DNA from: Balanoglossus misakiensis
Taxonomy: Eukaryota > Animalia > Hemichordata
NCBI GenBank assembly: GCA_040954595.2
Contig: CM082578.2
Coordinates: 11,725,166-11,789,165 of the forward strand
Direction: 5' to 3'
Length of the DNA stretch: 64,000 nt
Position 1 is the first letter of the stretch, and each line of letters begins with the position of its first letter. Position numbers and translations under genes: made by a program. Below, one piece after another: positions 53,801 through 64,000 of this stretch. Below the pieces are notes generated by a model. It had not been told where the DNA came from. It worked only from the letters and a program-made list of their open reading frames with translations, and did no database searches.

Positions 53801-56800
53801 GCAGCGTTGCCAGCTTATGGGAATATTGTTTGGAGATGGTATAGAACTAGATCACAAGCACCTCTCCAAATGCATCCGAGTTTCTCGGAGAACAAGTTTT
53901 CCTTCCCTTTGGGCACAAACAGTGTGCTTTACAAATTACATACAAATGTGCCACCCCGATCATTCAGCTTTATATACAGCTGAAGGCACGGCCGCTTTTA
54001 TAATTACAGTTTCGATTGCCTACGCTGAAGGCAAGGGAAACGCATCAGAATGGAACGGACAAAGCAATGCTGAACATCTGTATTTGGACTTTCCTTACTT
54101 AACTGCTAAGTCTACGGATGGGGGAGGGGAGAGAAAAGAGGAGGAGGGAAAGGGGGACTAGTAGAGCAATTATTTATTGGTGTAATTGTATGATTTTTCA
54201 AAAAGAGCTACCCTGAAATGTTCAAGAGCTTTAAAAAAATAAACAAAATCAAGATATCTACACTTTTTAAAATTTCAGTTGACTTTTTTGATTATCGGGA
54301 AATGTAAATTTAAATTCAGTCGCTGGTGCCCGTCAATTTTTCACACTTTCCATTCAACAGCCAATATCGCTCTACTTGTAAATTTATGAAAGTGTATTTT
54401 TCACATGGTTGGTCCCAGGAGTTTAGGTATGAGTTACAGTTTTCTGTGTACCTATTGTTTGGAGCTAATGGCTCTTAAATGAAATTACTTCACCACAAAA
54501 GAGCTGTAGAGCGAACATGAAATTCTGAAGGCTGCCATGAATTTTTCATAATGCGTTAACAAGCTGTTGAAAGAAATGCCTGGCTGAACCATTATACGTG
54601 ATTAAGCAATAACTATCTCCAAACTCCATGCATCTTGTATCCATACCGGTACATCTATTTTCATATTGTATTTTGTTTTACAATTACACTTACAGGTAGT
54701 GAGTGACAGGGCCATTGATTTCGAGATAAAATATTAATTAATGGGTAATGGCAAGGACAATTTACATCAATGGCAAGGCGAAAAAAAAATGATCATTTCA
54801 ATTTCTTTCGCTTTTCTCGCCCAAGGCTTTTCGGAAGGTCGAAACAAAATGGTCGCGCCCGTGCGACTGTGGAGACACTTCTGGTTTCGTGCATAGTTCA
54901 TGTGCATGTATACCACTATATGAAGCTGTGCATGCACTACATTGTATAGTCAGTATACATTTTACACGACTTTTATTTTCATGTTTTTTTTGGCTCTTGC
55001 GTATTTCGAGAAAATTTATTTCTCACGAAAATAACCCGTTTTACAGTAGCTTGTGTATAATGACCACTGTTATTGTTGTCAGATGAATTCAAGTCCAGAC
55101 TTAAGTTCAAATTTTAACCCTTTCACCACAATGGTTCAGTCCAAACCCATTGTTTTCTATGGTAAGGTTGGACCTCTAAAGAGGGAACTGGTGGTGAAAA
55201 GAACAGCCAAAATTTACACCTTATGACTTGTGTTGACTACAGCTGTCACATGGACAGTGTCAACACTGAAGGTGTTGTAAAAGTGCAGTGGGACAGATTT
55301 TTGTGTGTTTTCTATACCAGGTGGTTAGCTGGTCAGTCTCATATTTGATGGCTTTGGCAGAGTGGGCCTTTGGAGTGTGTTGGTTTTTGTTTGTTTTTGA
55401 AGGATTGCATAACCAGTGACACTGACACTCAGACAGTGACTGAGATGACATCAACACCACTAGACCTTATGAATATTCAGGTCACTAAACTCAACAGTTG
55501 AGAGTGGAACCCCTAGCCCCTGAGAACAATAGCCATGACATCAACACCCCTGGACCTTATGAATATTCAGGTCACTAAACTCAACAGTAGAGAGTGGAAC
55601 CCCTGAGAACAATAGCCATGGCATGCAGCAGTCAAATCACTGGCTCTCATCACCTGGGAAGTTCTAAAAGGGTCTGTGGACAGGGGGTCACACCAGACAG
55701 AACCAGAGTTGCAACAGTGTGCACAAGGCAGTTCTGCATGGACTGATTTGGATTACACCAGAGAAAGTGATTCCATCTAAAGGAGAGATACATTTGCACA
55801 TATGTGAGAGAGAGGGATAACTCCCAAAGATCAGGTGGAATACCAAGCAATAACAACATTTATCAGCGGTACTACTTGTGTGTGCACGCATCAAACCTGA
55901 TCTACAGGACTGAATTGGCCAACAACTGACTCTGCGCTGCATGGACTTCAAGACTTCAACTGTCAACAAACAAGGTCAGGGCATACATGTTAAACCACGT
56001 GTGGTGTCTATGTAATGTTTCTGTGCCATCATACATGTATCTGATTCTCATTGCATGTAGTTTACTAGTTTAACATCCTTTCCACTTTCTCATAAACGCT
56101 AGTCTACTGTTGAACCAACTGGTGTGTCCTGGTTTTGTGCATCCCTTTGCCAAGGGGGGTCAATCGATTCCCAACCCCAAAAGAACCCAGTCACATGGTT
56201 GGTGGTGGTGGAAAGAGTCAGATGGTACTTTAATGATCCCGCCACACATTGTGACAACTGCCTCTAAAATTTCAAACTCTGAAAAACATTCCCTGGCTCC
56301 CACTGACTGCAGGGAAGGTCGAAAATGATTGGTCAATTAAAAATAAAACGCAAAATGGCTCTCTGCCAACTTTATACCAGATGCTAGGACACTCTGCAAA
56401 GAGGCAAATTGCAAAGCTATAATTTATCACCGTGTGTCAGGATGTATGATTGGCAAAAGTCTCGCATCAGACTTTACAACAGCTTTAGTAGAAACAATTA
56501 CATTCTTGTAGTATTATTTTTTATTTTTACAATATCTCCTTGATTCATTAGAATTGCATTTTAAGGTGTAATATCAGTTGTTCCATCAAAAGCCTTGCAA
56601 TGTGCAAATAATAATTTACAAATAGAATTGCTTGTGTGATATGTGCTGTTCAAATAGCTTCAGTTGTCATTTTCAAATGTCAGAAAGATCTTTTCTTTCA
56701 TTTTGATAATGATATTTGACATGTCCAGAATATCTAGTATGAGTTCAGTTATTCTGGATCAATACAACAAGATGATGCATAAATCTTTAATACCAATATT

Positions 56801-59800
56801 TCATAAATGGCAATAATCACACTTTGCTTCTAGTTTCGATTAATTATGTAACGGGTTTCCAGAGCAAAGTGGGCAATTTGTAAATAGCAAAAAGAGTCAA
56901 TTGGACTTCAATTGATAAAATTCCAACACAAAACTGGCATCTTTCTAGCTACCGACAGATAATGGTTTTGTCCTTGCTACACATGTAGGGGATGGGTCAA
57001 AAGTCTTTGCCTTTTAATTATGCACACTTACATGTAATAGTACTATTATTACAGCAATAGTCAAACTACAATGGATAACAGTTTATAAATTAATATTAAA
57101 ATCCCTAGCAAATTTTTCCATGTGAGGGACTTTGTGATCTGAGGGGTATGTCCATAACAGGTTACTTTGGCCAATATGTGATTCGAGTCTAGGACAAAAC
57201 TAAAACATGCATGAACCTGTACGTATACGTGTATTTGTCAAGATGCACACAAAAGAAGCTTTAATGTACATGTCATGAGCCAGGCTATGTATAGATTGCA
57301 AATTGACGGCGAGATGATTGAAGTGAATGGTGAGAATTGTGGCAAACTGAAGGACGTGTACAGTGATCACAGCCGGTAACACCTTGGGCTATAACGACTT
57401 CCACGCGTCAAGCCTGTGATTTGAAGTGTGGAGCCGGAGATGAGTTTGAAGTTTGTCGTCAGGGTTACGGATCTGACAGCTTCTTTTCACACTATTTTCA
57501 TGGTTTTGGCTTCAGGCTAAAGTTGTATGACATGTCACTCTACTACATGTAAGACCAAACAATATTGTTTCTGTTCAGCACACGCTTCACTTGATAAATC
57601 TCGCTTCAAACTTTTGTTTTCAATCTGTGTCTGGCAAGGCAGAACCCAAATCAACAGAGTGCATATAAGATATATAGATACCAAGCCAACAGTATTGCTG
57701 AGGACGTTTGTCAAGACATTCAATCTGACATTAACTGTTTCACAACCTGTATATAACCAAAATCTCAGAAACCAAAAGTCAGAATCTGACCAAAACAATA
57801 ATAGAAAGGAAGAAAAGAAAGAGACCAAAAACTAATCATGTTCTTCCAGTCCCCCCCCCCCCCCCACAACCCTCCAAGAGTTGGAGTCGCACTGTTGCCA
57901 AGGTAACCGGTACAGTATTTCATCAATAGCCAGGAGGTTCTCTCTTCAAAAGCATAGCAAGAAACCATTCAGAATAAAACTCCTGGCATGTGTTTCATCA
58001 AACTGCTGCGATGGATTTTTACAAAGAGCTGCACTGCTACGTTCACTGTGACTGTGCTGCTACATGTACTACCATACAAGGTCTGTAAATCAGAGACACA
58101 ATTTGCTTCAAGCGTAGAAGTGGTTTTAGATGCAAATCCAGATCACATGGTGTGAATTCGTGCACGTTCCATTTCATTTCAAAGCCAGTCTTTTCTGCTG
58201 ATAATTCTTTTTTGACCAAACGCGTCGACTGACAAGCCCACGAGAAAGACTTGCTCGCATGTCATGGTTATTCCTGTTCTGGTCAAGTACCAGTACATTT
58301 TTTGTTGGTACCAGTACCTAGCAAGATTTCCTCCAACATCCATATATAGATTGTTGTTGAACTCAATGCCAGCATTACAATTGACAATATGAATTAAGCG
58401 ATTCTGCTCGCTCTATCATGGCACTTGCCCCGCAAACCTGCAGCCCCCATGCCGACAGATATCGCATCCGACTCCGTACGCCTGATTGGTCGAGCTGATG
58501 CGCGCAAAAAGGGGCGCCTTAAAAACAAATTATCTGAAGCTGCCACTATTTAAACGTCACAGTGTGCCTCGCTGCATTGACTGGAGGCGATTTTTGATTT
58601 ACGGCGATCCGCTCTGAATCTGGTGATCTGACTTCGGAATTAGACGGAGAACGATAAGTCGGTCGGGCAGATGATGTCACCCATGCAAATTATGACGACA
58701 CGCATATCTTTATACTCGGGGGGAATTCAATTTATATCAGCCAACATATTTAACTAAATACACAATTCGCCCAAGCCTCCAGCGGGTATCCATCTCTGTG
58801 GCAAACACTCTCGCAGACAAACAATTTGCAAGTGGGAGAGTAATTTCCAACCTGCTTTTAAGCTTTCTATTTTTTTTGCTCCTTTTTCCCACTGACAAGT
58901 TTTTTTTTAGCTCCATTCAAGAGTGCTTCCTGTTTAAACCTAAATCAATTTAGCCAGAGTGAGTAGGGACGAATCATGCTTAGTTGAAGATGTCATTGAC
59001 TTGGACAGCTTAATTGTACACTCCCGGGGTAATTTGCCCAGAATGTTTGTGCAACCATCAAGATTGCACCAGATTTTCATACACCCGATGAGAACAAGAA
59101 CTGAACTGCCCGCGGCAGACATTGTTCAATCAAGAGCATTCGGTTTATGAATTAATTGGAAGTGAAACTTATTAGGAATTAGTTCGGTTTTTTTTTTAAT
59201 CTTCCAGAACTTTCATCAGAGCAGAAAGCATTATCAGGGTACATAAAGTTCTGGGTTCACCAAACTCTGATTTTCCTATTGCCAGTCACCAAAAAAAAAT
59301 TCTACATTGCTTGCTTGCTTTCTAACTCCCTTCATTTCACCTTTGAACCTTGACCCTGGTGACCTATGACACCAGGTAGGGAGACAGAAAGTCACAGAAA
59401 TTCACCAGGAGCTATGATCATGTTGTGCCAAAATTGCCCTGTGATTGTTTGTTTTTCACACCGGTAAAATTCAATCATTCATTTCTGCAGATCTTAAACA
59501 GGTTGTCATACCGTGTTTCGACTAATGAACAGTAACGTGTGACAGGCAATCACGCTTGCACTAAAATACAGCAAAACTGCTGGCAAAATTGATCGCCCAA
59601 CCTAACGATGGGTTTAGACTTTCAAATTCATCAAATCAGGGGCCAACAAAACCAACGGTGAATCATCCCTAACAGAAGCACTGCTGCAGTTTTAACATGA
59701 AACAAAACGTGTACTCGTAAAATCTGCAACGCGAATTATGTGTTACCATGGCAGTACAGGCATGTAGTTACTCAGGCGAAATGAATGAAAATTTCCTCAC

Positions 59801-60828
59801 AGAAAACTTCGGCCCATCACTAAATGCAAAGTCATTTTATCATCTGCATGGAAAAATGGAAAACTAGGGCACAATTAGCACTGTGAATGGGGTGAATTCA
59901 GCATTCACAAACCATTTTGAATTTATTTCAGACATTTTTAAAACCTGGGGTAATCAATTCGTTTATCAAAAAAATTTGCATGGAGGTTCTTCCTTGCATT
60001 TTTAAGGAAACATTTCTCAAAGCTATTGGGCATCTCTGTGTGAAAAAAAAAAATTGTCAGGAATTTTCCGTAATGATGATGACGGGATGTAGAAAAAGTG
60101 GGTCAATTAGGAATAAAACAGAGCTGAATACATCTTCCTCACGGACGCCTTTTTCTGCATTGTCTATTCTCTAGTATTCAGCTGTCTGTCAACGCATACA
60201 TGTATATATACCATTCAATGTAAATGCCCCTGTAATGCACAGACCAGTCTGTGCGCCTTCCATGCAAATCATTTTTTTTCCTCGTTGCCATCACCGAGAA
60301 GCCACCGTCGTAGACACAATGGCCACGCGGCACAGTTAACGCATTCCCTCAATATTTGACAGCCTGTCGTATCATAGCTCCGTCCGTGCATCGTATGATG
60401 GATTAAAAATTTTCAACTGACAAGTTTTATTAGAAATAATCAGTGATCGCAGGCATTGGTGGACAGTTAAAAAGTCTTCTGATATGTCGACTCTATTTAA
60501 CTTGTAGCTGAGCTCTCCACAAACACTTTTTTATTATCAAGATACATGTATAACTTACCCACCCAGCCAGTCTGATCCAAGTACATTTCAGTGTCAAGTC
60601 TCCAGTTTCAAGGTACACATGAAACCGATACAACAAGACAGGACTAATGTGCTATCGTTAGCTGCAATGAAACTATTATTGTATTAACAAAGCAGAAACA
60701 CGGCTACTATTCGTAGCCGAGTTTCTGCACACCTAAACATTCTTACCTGCGTCAGATAGTCAATCCCTAATACACTGTCCACGGACACTTTCAGCAGATC
60801 TCCAATCCCTTCAGACCACCCCTTTATT
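11666..60828 (-). CDS. CACNA2D: Voltage-dependent calcium channel alpha2delta subunit (CACNA2D family), partial multi-exon gene (N-terminal helices and start of first dCache domain)
   Basis: Manually spliced GT-AG exons read IKGWSEGIGDLLKVSVDSVLGIDYLTQ/KYQDANIPLAAVDGETIVAEIANNWETLLGWKMSALK/RLVDHLEEAATNHTYDPDIL/SEDVEYHDAKNLDLNVSDSSQFGQPVNMSASVVHIPTDIFKG/DPRILNGIKWTSGIDEVYVSNYQNDKELIWQYFGSSEGFMRTYP/AHIWSLGPNNIDQYDVRRRGW with consistent intron phases. This matches recalled alpha2delta motifs (VHIPTDIY, WQxFGSxxG, YDVRRRPW). N-glycosylation sequons NHT, NVS and NMS are present. The vertebrate paralog cannot be assigned. Confidence 0.96.
12337..12391 (-). CDS. CACNA2D: CACNA2D alternative exon 7a (55 nt, phase 1->2): AYMKDDISVDTFDHRTRSW
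   Basis: Branch-like ctgac and acceptor ttcctttccacag, donor CTG|gtaaat. Open frame continues exon 6 and ends in a split Trp codon. FDxRxRxW motif is homologous to exon 7b. Confidence 0.82.
14436..14567 (-). CDS. CACNA2D: CACNA2D exon 6 (132 nt, phase 1->1): DPRILNGIKWTSGIDEVY...LIWQYFGSSEGFMRTYP
   Basis: Acceptor tgtttccaacag, donor CAG|gtaggt. Contains the LNxxxWTSxxDEV and WQYFGSxxGFxRxYP motifs. Confidence 0.96.
14746..14829. repeat. Compound microsatellite (ATCA)n followed by (CA)n in the short intron between exons 5 and 6
   Basis: About 14 ATCA units at 14746-14801, then a CA run to 14829. Confidence 0.95.
14856..14982 (-). CDS. CACNA2D: CACNA2D exon 5 (127 nt, phase 0->1): SEDVEYHDAK...VVHIPTDIFKG
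   Basis: Acceptor ctttccctccaaaaatag, donor GAG|gtaaag. Contains the diagnostic VHIPTDI motif. Confidence 0.95.
15194..15253 (-). CDS. CACNA2D: CACNA2D exon 4 (60 nt, phase 0->0): RLVDHLEEAATNHTYDPDIL
   Basis: Acceptor tctgatttgctttcag, donor TTG|gtaact. 20 codons, matching alpha2delta-1 [20 protein letters not shown]. Confidence 0.9.
31280..31470. mobile_element. MITE with CTGTAAAACGG-type terminal inverted repeats
   Basis: ctgtaaaacggtaaatttt / aaaatttcccgttttacaa (2 mismatches), with internal ttcgcgaa motifs. A related right end (cccgttttacagta) is at ~55035-55048. Confidence 0.65.
32937..33206. mobile_element. 270-bp MITE with 27-bp terminal inverted repeats
   Basis: gggatcgaataacacactgcactcagt (32937-32963) / actgaatgcagtgtgttattcgatccc (33180-33206), one mismatch. 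No obvious TSD. Confidence 0.8.
35493..35550. repeat. Polypyrimidine/(CT)n low-complexity tract
   Basis: tctctctcttccctctctctcccc...ctctctctctctctctct. It produces the spurious ERERE ORFs in the track. Confidence 0.9.
36218..36328 (-). CDS. CACNA2D: CACNA2D exon 3 (111 nt, phase 0->0): KYQDANIPLAAVDGETIVAEIANNWETLLGWKMSALK
   Basis: Acceptor ctctttgttgtag, donor AAG|gtaagt. Resembles the alpha2delta helix ...[21 protein letters not shown]. Confidence 0.9.
47293..47379 (-). mobile_element. ~85-bp piggyBac-like (TTAA-CCCT end) MITE; related copy at ~55114-55202 (+)
   Basis: Reverse complement begins ttaaccctttcacc...atggtaaagttg, matching 55114 ttaaccctttcaccacaatggtt...atggtaaggttgg. Partial similar ends occur near 22273 and 24676. 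Confidence 0.55.
47411..47724. mobile_element. Double-inverted-repeat non-autonomous element (two abutting stem-loops; Crypton-like architecture)
   Basis: IR1 is 47411-47435 / 47559-47583 (25 bp, 2 mismatches). IR2 is ~47582-47632 / ~47674-47724 (near-perfect, ~50 bp) around a ctcgctatcgctcgtg core. The superfamily call is tentative. Confidence 0.7.
51982..52347 (-). mobile_element. Truncated transposase N-terminus with paired (PAX)-like bipartite HTH domain (Tc1/mariner-IS630 type remnant)
   Basis: ORF GIPTPQAVREKIVEMYLEGRSYGQISRAIGISKSTVCTICQKFVNTG...FIEYYKKTKPSIYLKEIQRKLVEDGVCTPATLPSV follows the paired-domain pattern (GRPLP..IR.KIVEM...ISRQL.VS..CVSKIL.RY.ETG...IEEYKRENP.MF.WEIR.KL..D.VC....PSVS). 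It is intronless and no DDE domain follows. Confidence 0.72.
55445..55620 (+). repeat. Tandem duplication, ~90-bp unit x2
   Basis: atgacatcaacacc...gaatattcaggtcactaaactcaacag...gagaacaatagcc starts at 55445 and 55535. The first copy has a 7-bp insertion. Confidence 0.92.
60692..60728. repeat. 16-bp hairpin immediately downstream (in the transcript) of the exon 2 donor
   Basis: gcagaaacacggctac-tattc-gtagccgagtttctgc, one mismatch. Confidence 0.85.
60747..60828 (-). CDS. CACNA2D: CACNA2D exon equivalent to vertebrate exon 2 (82 nt, phase 2->0): IKGWSEGIGDLLKVSVDSVLGIDYLTQ
   Basis: Acceptor ttttttatccag, donor CAG|gtaaga. Aligns with alpha2delta-1 [27 protein letters not shown], same length. 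Confidence 0.9.
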
Positions 60829-62063
60829 CTGGATAAAAAAACAAAATGGAACAGACCAAAACAAAACTATTAAAACAGCAGCAACTCGTAACTCACTTAT
60901 GACTCGGTTATGACAAGGTCAAAAAATTTAATAAGAAATTAGTTTTTTCTGCCGACCTGTAATTTGTATTGAAAACTTACATAACATCAGTTTGCTTTGT
61001 AGACTTCTGTTGGTATATATATTGCACTGTGTTAAATACTACATGAGGGAATGATTTTTTTATATCAATTGGCGTATATTGAGCTCAGCTCAGCAGAGCT
61101 GTCGTGGCTTTGTTGCAGTTCTGTTCCAAGAACCCATCAATTCTTTTATGCAGGTCATCCAACCCACGATATCATTACTCTTATTGTATATTTATACACA
61201 TCTCAAGCATTCACCTGTGCTTGAATTGACATAAATCATCCACAACCAGCACAAACATTCAGGCTGATAACCTGGTATAAATACAGGTTATAGCTGTACC
61301 CACTTTTCACTTCATTTTTTATCCCCATTGCTCTGGTATTGCAGATATGCCACAACAGTGGGGATAAAAATGGTATTAGTGACAGAATTGATTTTAGTGT
61401 TTATAAAAGTGAGCTACTTGATGGTAGCTTGCTGACTGTGTAGGATAAGGGTCAGACCCCTGAAATAGTCTCCTCTTGGCCAAGTTCAATATTAATCAAA
61501 GAAATGCCTCCAAGATTTTTACCAGCCCAATATATTGCAACTCCACTCTACAACAACACTGGGTAAATACGGCAGACATACAGTGTCCATTTGTACAACA
61601 CATATGCCATCAATTAATTCTAATAAATGTATAATAGGCAATGTGAGCAAATTTGGCCAACTGAATGTCAATTATCACACACACACCTGTCAGTTTTTAA
61701 TAATTATTAATATTTCTACATAATTGTGAACAATATGGTCAACTAACCCCACATATAATTAAGAGAATAAGCTTTATCTTTTTGCTATTTTTAGTACATG
61801 TATTTCGTTCTTGTTATGTTCCTATTAAAAGCAATGCTAAACATTCTCAATGTTCTGCTCATAGCCTTTTTATGTGCAGGGACACACATACATTGTATAC
61901 ACATTTTTCTCTGTCAAAAAAAAAAAAACTTTTCTCACTGATAGTGAGACTTCCACCTAACGAGAGGATCAATGCGTGTACTTCGTTTAATTATCATTAT
62001 AATAGCATTAAAAACAACTGAATGCCACGTTCCGATCTAAACAATGAAGGTTTTTGCTTTGAT

Positions 62064-64000
62064 TTGTTAGGGTTTCGAGACCCTCTGGTCTCGAAACCCT
62101 CTTGAAATCGTGTTGTTTTTTATTATTATTCTTCTTCCCACTCTTAAAAACAGCCGCTATTCGAAGACCGTTGCACCCAATGACTTGAAATTTGGCTCAT
62201 AGGTAAATCTCAAAGCAAGTAATTTTCTGATCATGTAACTATGGCAACAGGTCACATGACCTGGCAGCCATCTTGGATTGAAAGTTTAAAATTGATCTCA
62301 TTTGCATAAAAAATGACGAATCAAAATTCTTTGAACAAACTTTGTGGACCATATGGCCAGGGTCCTATATGCAAAATTTCAATGTTCAAGTCTTTGCCGA
62401 TTTTGAGGAGATGATTTTTAAAGCATTATTTTTCATATTTTTCAAGACCATTGGACCCAGCCTTAGGCCTATACTTTCCATAGTTAAGCTATGGCCACCT
62501 AGGATCTTAGATTTATGCCCAATATCTCAACATCCGCTGGGCTGATCAGCTTCAAATTTATTGTGCAGCTAGCCTACCTTCCAACAATCAGTTCCAACTG
62601 GAAAAAATAATATGAAAAATCGACCGATTTTTTTATATTAATTTCTTTATGAAATCTATACCTATACGTATTCCACTATAGTTAAGCTATGGCCAAGTCG
62701 TTTTGTAGAATTCTGGTTGGTGCAATAGTCCTATCGGCCAGTGTGCAGCATAGGACCACAAAAAGAAGCCAAATTAATTCAAGGGTCACCTGTGACACCT
62801 GCCTAACTCATTAATTATGTGCATACCTAATTCGAGGCAAACCAATAGGGCTACAGGTCTGATTTTTGTTACACATGGACCAGTATGGGGTCAAATTATC
62901 CCCCGAAATTTGGGGTGACCTTGAGTGACCTTTGACCTTCTTCCGCATATCTCGGCATCCAGAGCAGGTACAGCTTAGGTGTTTGGGTGGATGGTACCAA
63001 AATAAGAAGCCAAATTCAAGGGTCACCTGTGACACCTGCCTAACTCATTAATTATGTGCATACCTAATTCCAGGCAAACCAATAGGGCTACAGGTCTGAT
63101 TTTTGTTGGACATGAACCAGTATGGGGTCAAATTATCCCCCAAAATTTGGGGTGACCTTGGGTGACCTTTGACCTACTTCCTCATATCTCGGCATTTACA
63201 GCAGGTACAGCTTAGGTGTTTGGGTGGATGGTATGAAAATAAGAAGCCAAAATTTAGGGTCACCTGTGATTCCTGCCTAACTCATTAATTATGTGCATAC
63301 CTAATTCTAGGCGAACCAAGGGGGCTACAGGTCTGGTGTTTGTTGGATATGTACCACTATGGGGTCAAATGTTTTTGCCCACATTTTGGGTGACCTTGGG
63401 TGACCTTTGACCTACTTCCTCATATCGCGGCATCCAGAGCAGGTACAGCTTAGGTGTTTGGGTGGATGGTACCAAAATAAGAAGCCAAAATTTAGGGTCA
63501 CCTGTGGCACCTGCCTAACTCATTAATTATGTGCATACCTAATTCTAGGCGAACCAAGGGGGCTACAGGTCTGGTGTTTGTTGGATATGTACCACTATGG
63601 GGTCAAATGTTTTTGCCCACATTTTGGGTGACCTTGGGTGACCTTTGACCTACTTCCACATATCTCAGCATCTAGAGCAGGTACAGCTTAGGTGTTTGGG
63701 TGGATGGAACCAAAATAAGAAGCCAAAATTTAGGGTCACCTGTGACACCTGCCTTACTCATTAATTATGTGCATACCTAATTCCAGGCGAACTAACAGGA
63801 CTACAGGTCTGGTGTTTGTTGGACATGGACCAGTATGGGGTCAAATTTTCCCCCCAAATTTCGGGTGACCTTGGGTGACCTTTGACCTACTTCCGCATAT
63901 CTCGGCATCCACAGCAGGTACAGCTTAGGTGTTTGGGAGGATGGTACCAAAATAAGTAGCCAAAATTTAGGACCACCTGTGACACCTGCCTAACTATGTG
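62064..64000 (+). mobile_element. Helentron-associated (HINE/DINE-like) non-autonomous element carrying an internal tandem array; runs off the window
   Basis: The 5' end has a perfect 14-bp hairpin agggtttcgagacc-ctct-ggtctcgaaaccct (62069-62100), then a (TTA)n(TTC)n microsatellite, unique sequence and tandem repeats. This is the layout described for HINE/DINE-1-type elements. Confidence 0.65.
62763..64000 (+). repeat. Tandem array of ~238-bp monomers (5 complete + 1 partial)
   Basis: The aagaagccaaa..agggtcacctgtg anchor occurs at 62763, 63004, 63241, 63479, 63717 and 63954 (periods 241, 237, 238, 238, 237). Confidence 0.97.

Noticed and set aside
62763-64000. CRISPR-like regular repeat
   Set aside because: Whole ~238-bp monomers repeat with no unique spacers, there are no cas genes, and the context is eukaryotic.

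Overview
Eukaryotic, AT-rich (roughly 35-40% GC by eye), mostly intronic DNA from an invertebrate animal. The repeat types and heavy TACATGTA over-representation suggest a marine invertebrate deuterostome such as an enteropneust hemichordate; this is an inference only. Nearly all ORF-track entries are spurious. The window lies inside the 5' half of one large minus-strand gene for a voltage-gated calcium channel alpha2delta subunit (CACNA2D family). I reconstructed it by hand from GT-AG exons at 60747-60828, 36218-36328, 15194-15253, 14856-14982 and 14436-14567. The signal-peptide exon lies beyond the right edge, and the VWA-domain exons were not found and presumably lie beyond the left edge. 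Main finding: the next exon, which encodes the amino-acid/gabapentinoid-binding YxxxxRxW motif of the first dCache domain, exists as two tandem, same-phase, apparently mutually exclusive versions. Exon 7a (12337-12391, ...TFDHRTRSW) is alpha2delta-3/4-like and exon 7b (11666-11726, ...QYDVRRRGW) is alpha2delta-1/2-like. A predicted 15-bp RNA stem brackets exon 7b, as in docking/selector-controlled mutually exclusive splicing. The introns also carry a paired-domain-like transposase remnant, several MITEs, a double-hairpin element and a Helentron/HINE-like element with a ~238-bp internal tandem array.
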